A stretch of 55,736 nt of DNA. It comes from an uncultured Planctomycetia bacterium. Lineage in GTDB: Bacteria > Omnitrophota > Gorgyraeia > JABMRG01. Both the position numbers and the translations under genes were made by a program. The DNA lies in the NCBI GenBank assembly GCA_964506565.1, contig CAZDLP010000001.1:2139-57874 (forward strand). Reading direction: 5' to 3'. Below, one piece after another: positions 1 through 8,334 of the stretch. The notes under the pieces were generated by a model that saw nothing but the letters and a program-made list of their open reading frames with translations, did no database searches and was not told the DNA's origin. Position 1 is the first letter of the stretch. Every line of letters begins with the position of its first letter.

Positions 1-29
1 GAAACACTACGTTTCTATAAATTGAGACT

Positions 30-187
30 TAAAATAACTTTGCTACAATTATGCAGGGACGTAAAATTTTCCCAGCGTGAAAATTTTACTCTATTTTTCT
101 GCTCGCTCTCGCATAATATCTAATCAGGGCGAACCTTGCCCGCTCGCATTAAAAAAGCCCTGCATTAATTGCAGCAAAGTCATTTTT
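30..187 (-). repeat. Structured ~157-nt repeat, copy A (candidate small ncRNA or MITE-like element); sense strand inferred as minus
   Basis: The reverse complement aligns gap-free to copy C (14634..14790) with 130/157 identities by hand count. It has a long outer stem (actttgctgcaatt / aattgtagcaaagt), a second stem, and a perfect 10-bp hairpin gtaaaatttt/aaaattttac with loop cacgctggg. The outer-stem mismatch is a G.U pair only when read on the minus strand. Confidence 0.6.
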
Positions 188-223
188 ATGCATCTTAACT
201 AAAATCAATATTATCATTCCTCT

Positions 224-366
224 CTTTGGTGTGATTCAGAGCAGGACCTTTTTATTGCGAATGGCATGGTTTTTCCGTGTTCTTTAGATTGTATGAATGA
301 GCAATAAAGCGGAGCGAAAAAACCACGCTGGGGGTTTTGAGCGTTCCTGCGGGAATCACGCCGAAG
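224..366 (+). repeat. Structured repeat, copy B (more diverged), sense plus; back-to-back with copy A
   Basis: Same architecture as A and C. The outer stem ctttggtgtgattc / gaatcacgccgaag has two U.G pairs that are valid only on the plus strand. The second stem is ttattgc/gcaataa. The third hairpin is aaaacc..ggtttt around the conserved loop (c)acgctggg. The shared core is agcagg..tgcga..catggtt..ttaga..acgctggg..gttcctgcg. Confidence 0.55.
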
Positions 367-394
367 CGAGGACATAGACTTGTTTTGCTATGAG

Positions 395-1738
395 TTAAAT
401 GGTGTAAAGGGTTAGGCGCTTAAAACGGCTAACTCTGCCTCTTGAAGGGTTAAAGTAGCCGAGCATGAGTGATGGAAATTCTTTTTTAAGGTCACTGATC
501 AACTCTTTTATACCACATAATACGGCTACATCGGGTGATATCTTGAGTTCTCTAAAATAGTACAAGGGATCTATATTTAGGTTCCTTAACTGGACCATAT
601 CTAACTTGCATTTGCGAAGTAATCGCTTGAATTCCCTTACCTCATCCTCAGAATCGGTAAAACCCGGCATAACAAGGTAATTAAGTGAGACAAAGCCACC
701 TGCATCCTTGGCTATTTTTATTGATTTTAAGACATCGCTGAATTTATACCCTTGCGGCTTATAATACCTGTTGTAATATTTCTCCTGCGCGCTGTTTATG
801 CTTACGCGTATACTGCTTAATCCTGCCGCAAACAACCTCTTTACTACCTCTGGCTTGCTGGCATTGGTATTTAGGTTTATGACGCCTCTGGCGGTCTCTA
901 TTCTTATCTGCTTTATCGCCTCTTCTATTGCTTCTCCGGCCAAAAGGGGTTCTCCCTCGCAACCCTGGCCAAAACTTACCACTGCGTCTTTTACATTTCC
1001 TATGTGAAAGAGAGCAACTTGGGAGATTTCTTCCGAAGAAGGTATAAATTTTATCCTTGGCTGTGTTACTGCGCATCTCTTGTCAGGCTGATGCGATATA
1101 CATCCTATACAGCGCGAATTACATGATGGCGAAGTAGGAAGCGGCGCCTCGTGCCTTTTTAAGAACAGATTCTTAGCGGCAGGACAGTTATAGCATAAAG
1201 CGCATCTTTCAAGATGTGTAAAAAGCCTGTTTTTGGAAAAGAGCTTTCTTACTTTATTTATCCCTGTTTTTATCCTGGGTATACTCATAAAACGCAAATC
1301 CTGACGTGTGCTTCTATCAACCCTTATGGCTGATACATAAAACTTATCCCTGTAAAAACAGACCGCTGAATATGAAAAAAGCGGCAGGATCTTTGCATTA
1401 GAACTTTCTATATATGAAGCGTTGTAGGTTATGGTATATCCCGGAGAGATAAAGGCAGAGACCGCAAAACAAGGTTCTTCTTTCTTAGAATATGGGTTTC
1501 TGTCTATTGCTACAAAGCCTTTTGATTTGTAATCGTAACCAACAGCAAGCCTTTGCGGCATAATAAATAGCTCACTTCCGAAAGGAAGCTCTATGAGATC
1601 TTTTTTAACAAGCTTAAAGAATGTGCCTGCCTTCATGCCTGTAGCCTGCAGATAGTCAATAGCGTATATCTTTCCACACTTATCAGCAACGACTAACTGC
1701 AACATATCCTTTTTGCGCTGATTATCTTCTATTGCCAT
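395..1738 (-). CDS. Radical SAM protein with an uncharacterised ~200-aa N-terminal domain
   Basis: 447-aa ORF with the CxxxCxxC motif 'CNSRCIGC' followed by a TIM-barrel-like region (GQGCEGEPLL). The N-terminal half has no motif I recognise. Confidence 0.7.
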   Translation of the reverse strand: MAIEDNQRKKDMLQLVVADKCGKIYAIDYLQATGMKAGTFFKLVKKDLIELPFGSELFIMPQRLAVGYDYKSKGFVAIDRNPYSKKEEPCFAVSAFISPGYTITYNASYIESSNAKILPLFSYSAVCFYRDKFYVSAIRVDRSTRQDLRFMSIPRIKTGINKVRKLFSKNRLFTHLERCALCYNCPAAKNLFLKRHEAPLPTSPSCNSRCIGCISHQPDKRCAVTQPRIKFIPSSEEISQVALFHIGNVKDAVVSFGQGCEGEPLLAGEAIEEAIKQIRIETARGVINLNTNASKPEVVKRLFAAGLSSIRVSINSAQEKYYNRYYKPQGYKFSDVLKSIKIAKDAGGFVSLNYLVMPGFTDSEDEVREFKRLLRKCKLDMVQLRNLNIDPLYYFRELKISPDVAVLCGIKELISDLKKEFPSLMLGYFNPSRGRVSRFKRLTLYTI

Positions 1739-2663
1739 ATGATAATACCGCTCTCTTTAGCCCATCGTGCGTTGATACCTTAGGAAAATATCCTAACTTC
1801 TCTCTTATTCTCTGAATACTGTAGATTCTGTCCTTTTTAAAAAAAGAAAGCCCCTTATTACAGAAAGGGATTATTTTAAGGAATGAGACCAGTCTTTCTG
1901 GAATGCTAAAAGGCGGCTTTGCACTTTGGACGCTAGCTATATATTCAAAAAATTCCTTGATAGTAAGGACTTCATTATCCGCGACAATATACGTACCCTC
2001 ATAAGCCGCGTCATTATCTATAGCCAACATCATAACATCAACAACATTATCTATATAAACCAACTGAAGTTTATTGTCTCCCGGCCCCACAATAGGAAGC
2101 AAGCGCCATCTGCTAAGTCTTGATATCAAACCTAATAGATGAGGTTCATCTTCTCCATAGACCATGACAGGCCTTATAATCAATATTTTCCTCCCTTTTT
2201 TCCGATATGAAAAAGCTATCTTCTCCGCCTCTATCTTGGATTCTCCGTATTGATTGGTCGCGCTATAAGGAAGGTCATCTGTAAGCGGTACTTGGTGATT
2301 GCCACTTACAACTGAAATCGAGCTTAAGTATACTACCTTTTCTATCGCCTCTTTAGCGCAGGCATCAAGAACATTTCGAGTGCCGTCTCTGTTAACGCGC
2401 ATAAGCTTATCAAGAGAAAAATTATCTACAAGTGCCGCACAATGAAATACTATATCAGGCTTTTCTTTGCCTAGTAAGTCTCTTAACATCACGGGGTCTT
2501 CTATGTCTAGGCGTATCGCCTTTACCTTATCGAGTAAACTGCCTAGCTTAGAAAGCATACGCCCTGTACAGATAACTTCATGTCCATCCTGTACAAGGCG
2601 CCCTGATAACCTCTTACCGATAAACCCGGTTGCTCCTGTTATGAGTATTTTCATAGTGTTCAA
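1722..2663 (-). CDS. NAD-dependent epimerase/dehydratase (SDR family)
   Basis: 313 aa with the N-terminal Rossmann motif 'ILITGATGFIG'. It overlaps the downstream radical SAM gene by 17 nt. Confidence 0.8.
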   Translation of the reverse strand: MNTMKILITGATGFIGKRLSGRLVQDGHEVICTGRMLSKLGSLLDKVKAIRLDIEDPVMLRDLLGKEKPDIVFHCAALVDNFSLDKLMRVNRDGTRNVLDACAKEAIEKVVYLSSISVVSGNHQVPLTDDLPYSATNQYGESKIEAEKIAFSYRKKGRKILIIRPVMVYGEDEPHLLGLISRLSRWRLLPIVGPGDNKLQLVYIDNVVDVMMLAIDNDAAYEGTYIVADNEVLTIKEFFEYIASVQSAKPPFSIPERLVSFLKIIPFCNKGLSFFKKDRIYSIQRIREKLGYFPKVSTHDGLKRAVLSYGNRR

Positions 2664-2672
2664 TAAACTAGG

Positions 2673-2701
2673 AATAAACTAGGGACAGCGCCTAGTTTAT
2701 T
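2673..2701 (-). terminator. Hairpin overlapping the porin stop codon (11-bp stem aataaactagg/cctagtttatt)
   Basis: Perfect 11-bp inverted repeat with a 7-nt loop. One arm is tandemly duplicated at 2662..2672, which allows alternative pairing. The downstream U tract is weak. Confidence 0.4.
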
Positions 2702-4079
2702 AGAAATCAAGGTGGCCTCTGCAACCTATGACAGTAATGGTCTGGTCTCTTCTCTGGCCATTGACAACATAATCATTACCGAACGGGTTCCATACGACCT
2801 GTAGATCCGGGGAAAACGCGAAATGCTCATTAACAAACCAGTTATAATAAATCTCCGCATGGCCTTCATCGTCTGCCTTCAGGTTGGTGCCGCCATACTC
2901 TTTATATTTATCGCTCGGTATTACCATGCCGCATGCTATTCCGATATGATCCTTCTCTCTGCCCCATGGCTTTCCTTTAAATGACAAACCAGCAGACCAT
3001 GTATGCTCGATAGAGAAATTAGTACCACTGGATGAGGTAACAGCAGGATTGTAAAGATCAGGGTCGGCCCAGCCATAACGGCCGAATACTCCTACAACAT
3101 CAGTAACCTCCTGATCTACACTGACTCCAAGGCCGTATCTATGCTCTGCTGTCTTTGTTATATCACTCCACTTGGTGTAATTTGTATTCCTTAGCCAGCC
3201 ATATACCCTATAATTTCCTATAAGGCCCTCTCCAAACTTGGGCTTAAATATTATCTCCGGGGTAAATTCAAGGTGATCTGTCATATTCTCCCACTCTCCG
3301 TCACCTGTAAATACCTGCCCCTGCAACTCCAGCCACTCTATATCTTTCGGCCTTAACCTGGCCCATAACCCCGGTGCCTTACTGGGCCTATCAAATGTAG
3401 CGGCATTATTGAATATCTCAGCCAAAAACTGCCTTGAATCGTCACCTGCCATAAGGTTTTTATCGATGACATCTGTCGGATCCCACTTACCCGCAGCTAG
3501 TGATATCTGCTTATCAAAGAGATTATGCTCATACCAGAATTTAGTCAATTCAACATCGTTATTTGTGTCGTCATTATTATTGTCGACGTTTGAAAAGACC
3601 TCAAGCGAGTCCATTACACCTGTGCCATCACCTGCCTCGATCTGAACAAAGGCGTAACCATAATCTTTGAACTCCTTCTCAAGCTGGATATCCACCTGGT
3701 AGCTTCCGCCGGTTACGTCTTCCTTATTATTGGTAGTGCGATTCGCGTCAATGCCACCTTGTACAATCATTGTAGCGCCTATACCTAACTTAAGGCCAAG
3801 CGAATTAATAGCTACTTTATTGTTTATATCCTTTTCTATCTTACCGAGAACATGCTTCTCTACGCGATGCTCTATCTCTGTCTCCATAACATCGGTTGAA
3901 GGCTTAGCTTCCTCTTTCGCCTGCACGCCTGAAACCTTCTTTTCTAAGACTGATATCCTTTCTCTTAGCTCCTCTATCACCTGTAAAAGCTCCTCATTGC
4001 TCGGCTCTGAAGCCATTACAGCTAATACGGGTAAGGCAATCAAGCAGACCGATATAAATAATACCTTAAAACATCTCAT
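2700..4079 (-). CDS. Outer-membrane porin, OprB/carbohydrate-porin-like, with signal peptide and N-terminal coiled coil
   Basis: 459 aa with a hydrophobic signal (LIALPVLAVMA), a coiled-coil stretch (EELLQVIEELRERISVLEKK), an aromatic/Gly-rich beta-strand pattern and a terminal Phe. Confidence 0.65.
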   Translation of the reverse strand: MRCFKVLFISVCLIALPVLAVMASEPSNEELLQVIEELRERISVLEKKVSGVQAKEEAKPSTDVMETEIEHRVEKHVLGKIEKDINNKVAINSLGLKLGIGATMIVQGGIDANRTTNNKEDVTGGSYQVDIQLEKEFKDYGYAFVQIEAGDGTGVMDSLEVFSNVDNNNDDTNNDVELTKFWYEHNLFDKQISLAAGKWDPTDVIDKNLMAGDDSRQFLAEIFNNAATFDRPSKAPGLWARLRPKDIEWLELQGQVFTGDGEWENMTDHLEFTPEIIFKPKFGEGLIGNYRVYGWLRNTNYTKWSDITKTAEHRYGLGVSVDQEVTDVVGVFGRYGWADPDLYNPAVTSSSGTNFSIEHTWSAGLSFKGKPWGREKDHIGIACGMVIPSDKYKEYGGTNLKADDEGHAEIYYNWFVNEHFAFSPDLQVVWNPFGNDYVVNGQRRDQTITVIGCRGHLDF

Positions 4080-4116
4080 AGAATATAACCTCCGTTTTTT
4101 TATTTTATATATTTTT

Positions 4117-4146
4117 ATTATAACAATGAGGGGATAACTATTGCAA
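4117..4146 (-). promoter_or_regulatory. Sigma70-like promoter for the porin gene
   Basis: On the minus strand, TTGCAA - 18 nt - TATAAT. It lies about 30 nt upstream of a GGAGG SD and the ATG at 4079. Confidence 0.5.
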
Positions 4147-4200
4147 CTTAATTTAAAGGGAATAGATGATTTTTTACGGAAGGTGGATTATCGAATATCT

Positions 4201-4911
4201 TTATAACCCTAAGAATTGGATCGCCATGCCTGATAAACATATAGCAGCGCCTGCCAAGGCATGCGTGTATCTCTCGATCTTTTTTATAGGCACTAAGTTG
4301 ATACCAAATGATACGATTACGACGATACCTGTCATGGTAGCTAAGGTAACGATACCAAAGACAGACGTTACCAGGATAAGCCCCATCAAGGAACCTTTGG
4401 CCGCGGGATACATCAGGATAGGTATTAAGGGCTCGCATGGGCCTAACACAAAGACTACAAAGAGTATCCATGGGGTTATGCTCTTTACTTTATCTTCATG
4501 CACATGGCTGTGTACATCTACATGGCTATGGTGATGGCTATGCTTCTTTTCATCATCATGTACATGTATGTGCGTATGGGGCTTATTGCGTATTGCCATT
4601 CTTACACCCCATAAAAAATACGCGAAACCAAATCCGATAAGCGCCCAAGCCGCTATGTTACCTCTAAAGGACTCAAAAACCTCAAGCTTCATAAGAGCTA
4701 TCCCTGCCGCTATCCCTATCAGTCCTAACACAACGGAACTTAATACATGGCCCAACCCGCATGCTATAGTAATAGATAATGTCTTTGCAAAAGACCAGTT
4801 GCGCGCTTTTTTCATAACTATAAATGGTAAGTAATGATCAGGGCCAAAGAGGGTATGCAAAAAACCTATTGAAGCGGCTGTAACGCACAAAAGCCATAAT
4901 GAGCTAGTCAT
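4201..4911 (-). CDS. Putative nickel/cobalt transporter with a His-rich loop (NicO/RcnA- or HupE-like)
   Basis: 236-aa polytopic membrane protein with the central loop 'HTHIHVHDDEKKHSHHHSHVDVHSHVHED' and the N-terminal motif 'HTLFGPDH'. It is the last gene of the hydrogenase gene string and overlaps the protease gene by 4 nt. Confidence 0.65.
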   Translation of the reverse strand: MTSSLWLLCVTAASIGFLHTLFGPDHYLPFIVMKKARNWSFAKTLSITIACGLGHVLSSVVLGLIGIAAGIALMKLEVFESFRGNIAAWALIGFGFAYFLWGVRMAIRNKPHTHIHVHDDEKKHSHHHSHVDVHSHVHEDKVKSITPWILFVVFVLGPCEPLIPILMYPAAKGSLMGLILVTSVFGIVTLATMTGIVVIVSFGINLVPIKKIERYTHALAGAAICLSGMAIQFLGL

Positions 4912-5354
4912 AATAATTCCTTTATCGTATCTACTATAATCGGTATCCTAGATTCGATTAAACCGGTAAGCCTGAGATTATATGAAACATCCTCGGGCTG
5001 AACCCCGACAATAATAATTTCAGGGTTCATATCAAGTGCCTTGGAAAGGGTAAGCGTTTCAAGTAACGCCATCCCGTGAGTTGAAAAGCTATCGCAAAAT
5101 GTAGATTCCTTTATCTGGTCAAAGGTAAAGACCTTTATCTCACCGGAAGGCGCTTTCATATCAGCGGCATCTACAATTATTACGCGCTTAAATTCAGGGA
5201 AGAACTTTATAAGATCCATGCCTGATAAGTCGCCTCTCTCGAGAACAACATTATCAGGCAAGGAATCTTTTTCCAATTCATCAATCACGCGAGGGCCGAT
5301 GCCATCGTCGCCTTTTAGAATGGAGCCTATACCTATTACTAAGATCTTATTCAT
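4908..5354 (-). CDS. [NiFe]-hydrogenase maturation endopeptidase
   Basis: 148 aa with 'VIGIGSILKGDDGIGPRV', typical of the HycI/HoxW/FrhD family. It lies directly downstream of the large subunit. Confidence 0.85.
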   Translation of the reverse strand: MNKILVIGIGSILKGDDGIGPRVIDELEKDSLPDNVVLERGDLSGMDLIKFFPEFKRVIIVDAADMKAPSGEIKVFTFDQIKESTFCDSFSTHGMALLETLTLSKALDMNPEIIIVGVQPEDVSYNLRLTGLIESRIPIIVDTIKELL

Positions 5355-5363
5355 AAATAGCTT

Positions 5364-6710
5364 TTAGACAAATTTTACATCAAGCATATGGCATGAGCAG
5401 GATATACACGGGTCATATGCCCTTACCAGCATCTCCGCCAAAAGCGTGATCTCATCCTTAGGTTTATTAATAAACTCCGGAACCAGTTTCTTAAGATCGA
5501 GATCTATATTCGCTAAGTTCTGATTCGTAGGTATTACACAGTTAGCGTTATTGACAATGCCCTTGCTATCTATATCGTAATCATGGACAAGAAGCCCGCG
5601 TGGAACCTCTACCGCTCCAACGCCTTTTCCTGAGTTACAGCTAAAGCTCTCCTTCTCATCTACCCTAGGCCATGAACTTACAACCTGATCATAATCCACG
5701 CCATCCTTGATAAAGCGCTCTATGATAGCCAGAGAATCAGCATAGCAATGGGCTATCTCGATAAGCTGAGCAACGGTATTCATATATGGGTTATAACATG
5801 GCGTTTTAAACCCAAGTGTATTTGCTACAGACTTTCCTAGTTTATTAAGCTTATCAAAGTTTATATTTATCCTTGCCAAGGCACCAACCATATAAGAGCC
5901 TCTTTTGTTCTTAGAATGCTTTGACGTGCTGTGCGCAACATGATATTCATGGATCGCCTGCCTGTAATCTATAGGCTTAATCGCGCCCTCGATATCTGTT
6001 GAAGTGATGTCGCCATCCAGAAAAGCGTATTCATCAGGGTGGGTTAAGGCGATATACTCTGTCTCACGTTCAAAGGCAGGAAGCTTTGGCGCTAGAGATT
6101 TTATGGTATCTACCGTGATCATAAGGTCGTCTTCCTGAGACTTTAGGATGTCCCTCATCGCTTTTAGTTCTTTTTGCGTCGGAAGCTTTGTAAAACCCCG
6201 CGGACAGCATGTTATCGGGTGTGTATGCCTTCCGGCAAGTATGTCGCACAAATCGCTATATTGTTTTTTCATTCTAAGGGCGCGAAGCACTACATCCTTG
6301 TGTGTCGCGACAAGCGGCAGTACACTCTTTGCCCCGAGCGCGTCAGGTGCAACAAGAAAATATATATGTAGTAGATGACTATCGAATGTTTCGTAATGCA
6401 AGAGAAGCTTTCTAAAGGCATTGGTCTGCTCTGAAGGCTTAAACCCTGCCGCGTCTTCGCTCGCTTTTATCGATGCCATGCAATGGCCTGTTGAGCATAT
6501 TCCGCATATACGCGATGTTATATGCTGGACCTCAAATATAGATCTTCCCCTTACCATAGCCTCAAAAAATCGCGGTGCCTCGATTATATCAAGTTCACAT
6601 TTTTCTAGAATTCCTTTTTTGATATTTATAACTATGTTTCCATGGCCCTCTACGCGTGTTACGTATTCAACATTTATATCAAGCTCTTTCTTCGCTAATT
6701 GTTCACTCAT
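5364..6710 (-). CDS. hydA: [NiFe]-hydrogenase large (alpha) subunit, group 3b type
   Basis: 448 aa with the N-terminal Ni-binding motif 'RICGICSTGH' and the C-terminal motif 'DPCISCSCH', followed by a short cleavable tail MLDVKFV. Confidence 0.9.
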   Translation of the reverse strand: MSEQLAKKELDINVEYVTRVEGHGNIVINIKKGILEKCELDIIEAPRFFEAMVRGRSIFEVQHITSRICGICSTGHCMASIKASEDAAGFKPSEQTNAFRKLLLHYETFDSHLLHIYFLVAPDALGAKSVLPLVATHKDVVLRALRMKKQYSDLCDILAGRHTHPITCCPRGFTKLPTQKELKAMRDILKSQEDDLMITVDTIKSLAPKLPAFERETEYIALTHPDEYAFLDGDITSTDIEGAIKPIDYRQAIHEYHVAHSTSKHSKNKRGSYMVGALARININFDKLNKLGKSVANTLGFKTPCYNPYMNTVAQLIEIAHCYADSLAIIERFIKDGVDYDQVVSSWPRVDEKESFSCNSGKGVGAVEVPRGLLVHDYDIDSKGIVNNANCVIPTNQNLANIDLDLKKLVPEFINKPKDEITLLAEMLVRAYDPCISCSCHMLDVKFV

Positions 6711-7465
6711 TTTTTATCTGCCTCCATTCTACACGCGTTATAAAGATCGAACCGCTGTGTAAGCTCCTCTAGTGAATAACCGTTATTCTTTAATACATCT
6801 ATCTGGCCTTGCTCAGCCGGATTATCAAGAAGGCCTCTGCAGCCATAACAGGTGTTACCATTGCTTATACACCACGCGTCACAGCCTGCCCTTGTAACAG
6901 GACCCATACAAACCTGGCCCTTCTCAAAGAGGCACACATTCTCTTTTAACTTGCATTCTACACATACAGAATGATTTGGAACCTTATACCCTTTTCCGAG
7001 TAATATCGATTTTAGTACCTTTACGGTCTCATCGTTATTAGTAGGGCAACCATGTATGTAATAGTCTACCTTGACTATATCATGTACAGGACGTGGTTCA
7101 CCGGCCTCGAGAGGAAACTCTCTTCCCTTGTAAACTATCTCCTTGGCCTCATCCTGAGTAAAACGTTTTCTTAAACCATTTATACCACCTATGCAGGCAC
7201 AGGCACCATAAGCTATGATTATCTTGGCGTTGCCTCTTATCTTTTTAACTCGCTCTTCGTCATGCTTGCGTGTGATAGAGCCCTCGATAAACGCTATATC
7301 ATAGTCATCGCTCTTTTCAGAAATAGCCTCTCTGAAATTTACAATTTCGCAATGTTCCAGGACGCCTAAGAACGCTTCATTAAGATACAAGAGCTGAAGC
7401 TGGCATCCTTCGCAATCAGCAAAATCAAAAAACGCTATTCTAACCTTTTTCTTCGCCTTGCTCAT
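6707..7465 (-). CDS. hydD: [NiFe]-hydrogenase small (delta) subunit, group 3 type
   Basis: 252 aa with 'IAFFDFADCEGCQ' and several further Cys clusters. It overlaps both neighbours by 4 nt. Confidence 0.85.
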   Translation of the reverse strand: MSKAKKKVRIAFFDFADCEGCQLQLLYLNEAFLGVLEHCEIVNFREAISEKSDDYDIAFIEGSITRKHDEERVKKIRGNAKIIIAYGACACIGGINGLRKRFTQDEAKEIVYKGREFPLEAGEPRPVHDIVKVDYYIHGCPTNNDETVKVLKSILLGKGYKVPNHSVCVECKLKENVCLFEKGQVCMGPVTRAGCDAWCISNGNTCYGCRGLLDNPAEQGQIDVLKNNGYSLEELTQRFDLYNACRMEADKK

Positions 7466-8334
7466 AGTGCCTCCTCCAATCCTTTTATCTCTGAATATTT
7501 AAATGTTGGCCCATCCTTACAAACATATAGGTGATTTATCTGGCAGTGGCCGCATTTGCCAAGTCCGCATTTCATGCGCCTTTCAAGGGAAAGGATTATC
7601 TGGTTATCCGCTAAGCCTTTCTTTACAAGCTCGGCTATAACAAACTTATACATAATAGGCGGGCCTACAACAACAGCGTATGTCTTGTTTACATCTATAT
7701 CCGCACCCGGTAAAAGGCTTGTGATAACGCCGACGTTGCCTTTCCAATCAGGATCCGCCTTGTCAACCGTGCAGGCATAACCTATATCCGCCATCTTTTC
7801 CCATCTTGTGACTTCCTCCTTAAACAACCTATCCTTCGGGGCCTTACATCCTAGAAGTACTGTCACTTTACCAAAGTCTCTTCTTCTATCAATAACGAAA
7901 TTTATCAATGAGCGAAGAGGGACTATGCCAAGGCCACCTGCTACAAATAACAGGTCATTTCCCTTTAGCTCCTCTATAGGAAAGCCTTTCCCAAAGGGGC
8001 CTCTTACACCTATCTTATCTCCCACGTCAAGTTTGTGTAGAGCGTTTGTAAACGCCCCGGTGTTACGCACGCATATCTCGAAGTGGTTCCTCTCTTCCTT
8101 GGTAGGGGATGAGGATATAGATATAGGGGCCTCTCCTATACCTAATATTGAAAACTGGGCAAACTGTCCGGGCTGATGCCCAAGCGGGTTGCCGTCTTCG
8201 AGTCTTATCTCAAAGAACTTTTCATTCTCTGTCATTTTCTTTGCCTTAACGATCTCGCCTACACGATGTGAATATACAGGCTCGACATCTACGGATGTGT
8301 TACACGTACAATCATTTGAGTTATTTTTTTGCAT
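7462..8334 (-). CDS. hydG: Hydrogenase gamma subunit (FAD/NAD(P)-binding, [2Fe-2S])
   Basis: 290 aa with a ferredoxin-reductase-type fold (GPFG, GGLGIVP) and the C-terminal Cys motif 'CGLGKCGHCQ'. Confidence 0.8.
   Translation of the reverse strand: MQKNNSNDCTCNTSVDVEPVYSHRVGEIVKAKKMTENEKFFEIRLEDGNPLGHQPGQFAQFSILGIGEAPISISSSPTKEERNHFEICVRNTGAFTNALHKLDVGDKIGVRGPFGKGFPIEELKGNDLLFVAGGLGIVPLRSLINFVIDRRRDFGKVTVLLGCKAPKDRLFKEEVTRWEKMADIGYACTVDKADPDWKGNVGVITSLLPGADIDVNKTYAVVVGPPIMYKFVIAELVKKGLADNQIILSLERRMKCGLGKCGHCQINHLYVCKDGPTFKYSEIKGLEEAL

Noticed and set aside
1-30. CRISPR-repeat-like ending ('gaaac' ... 'gtttctataaattgagac') at the window edge
   Set aside because: There is only a single short hairpin (gaaac-actac-gtttc). 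No second repeat unit and no spacer periodicity are visible, and the stretch aligns as the 3' flank of repeat copy A (compare the sequence after copy C). The evidence is insufficient for a CRISPR call.
4148-4534. ORFs 4148..4471 (-) and 4166..4534 (+) overlapping the Ni transporter gene
   Set aside because: They are alternative frames of a gene whose chosen frame gives a coherent polytopic membrane protein with a His-rich loop and translational coupling to the protease gene. The alternatives have no such features.
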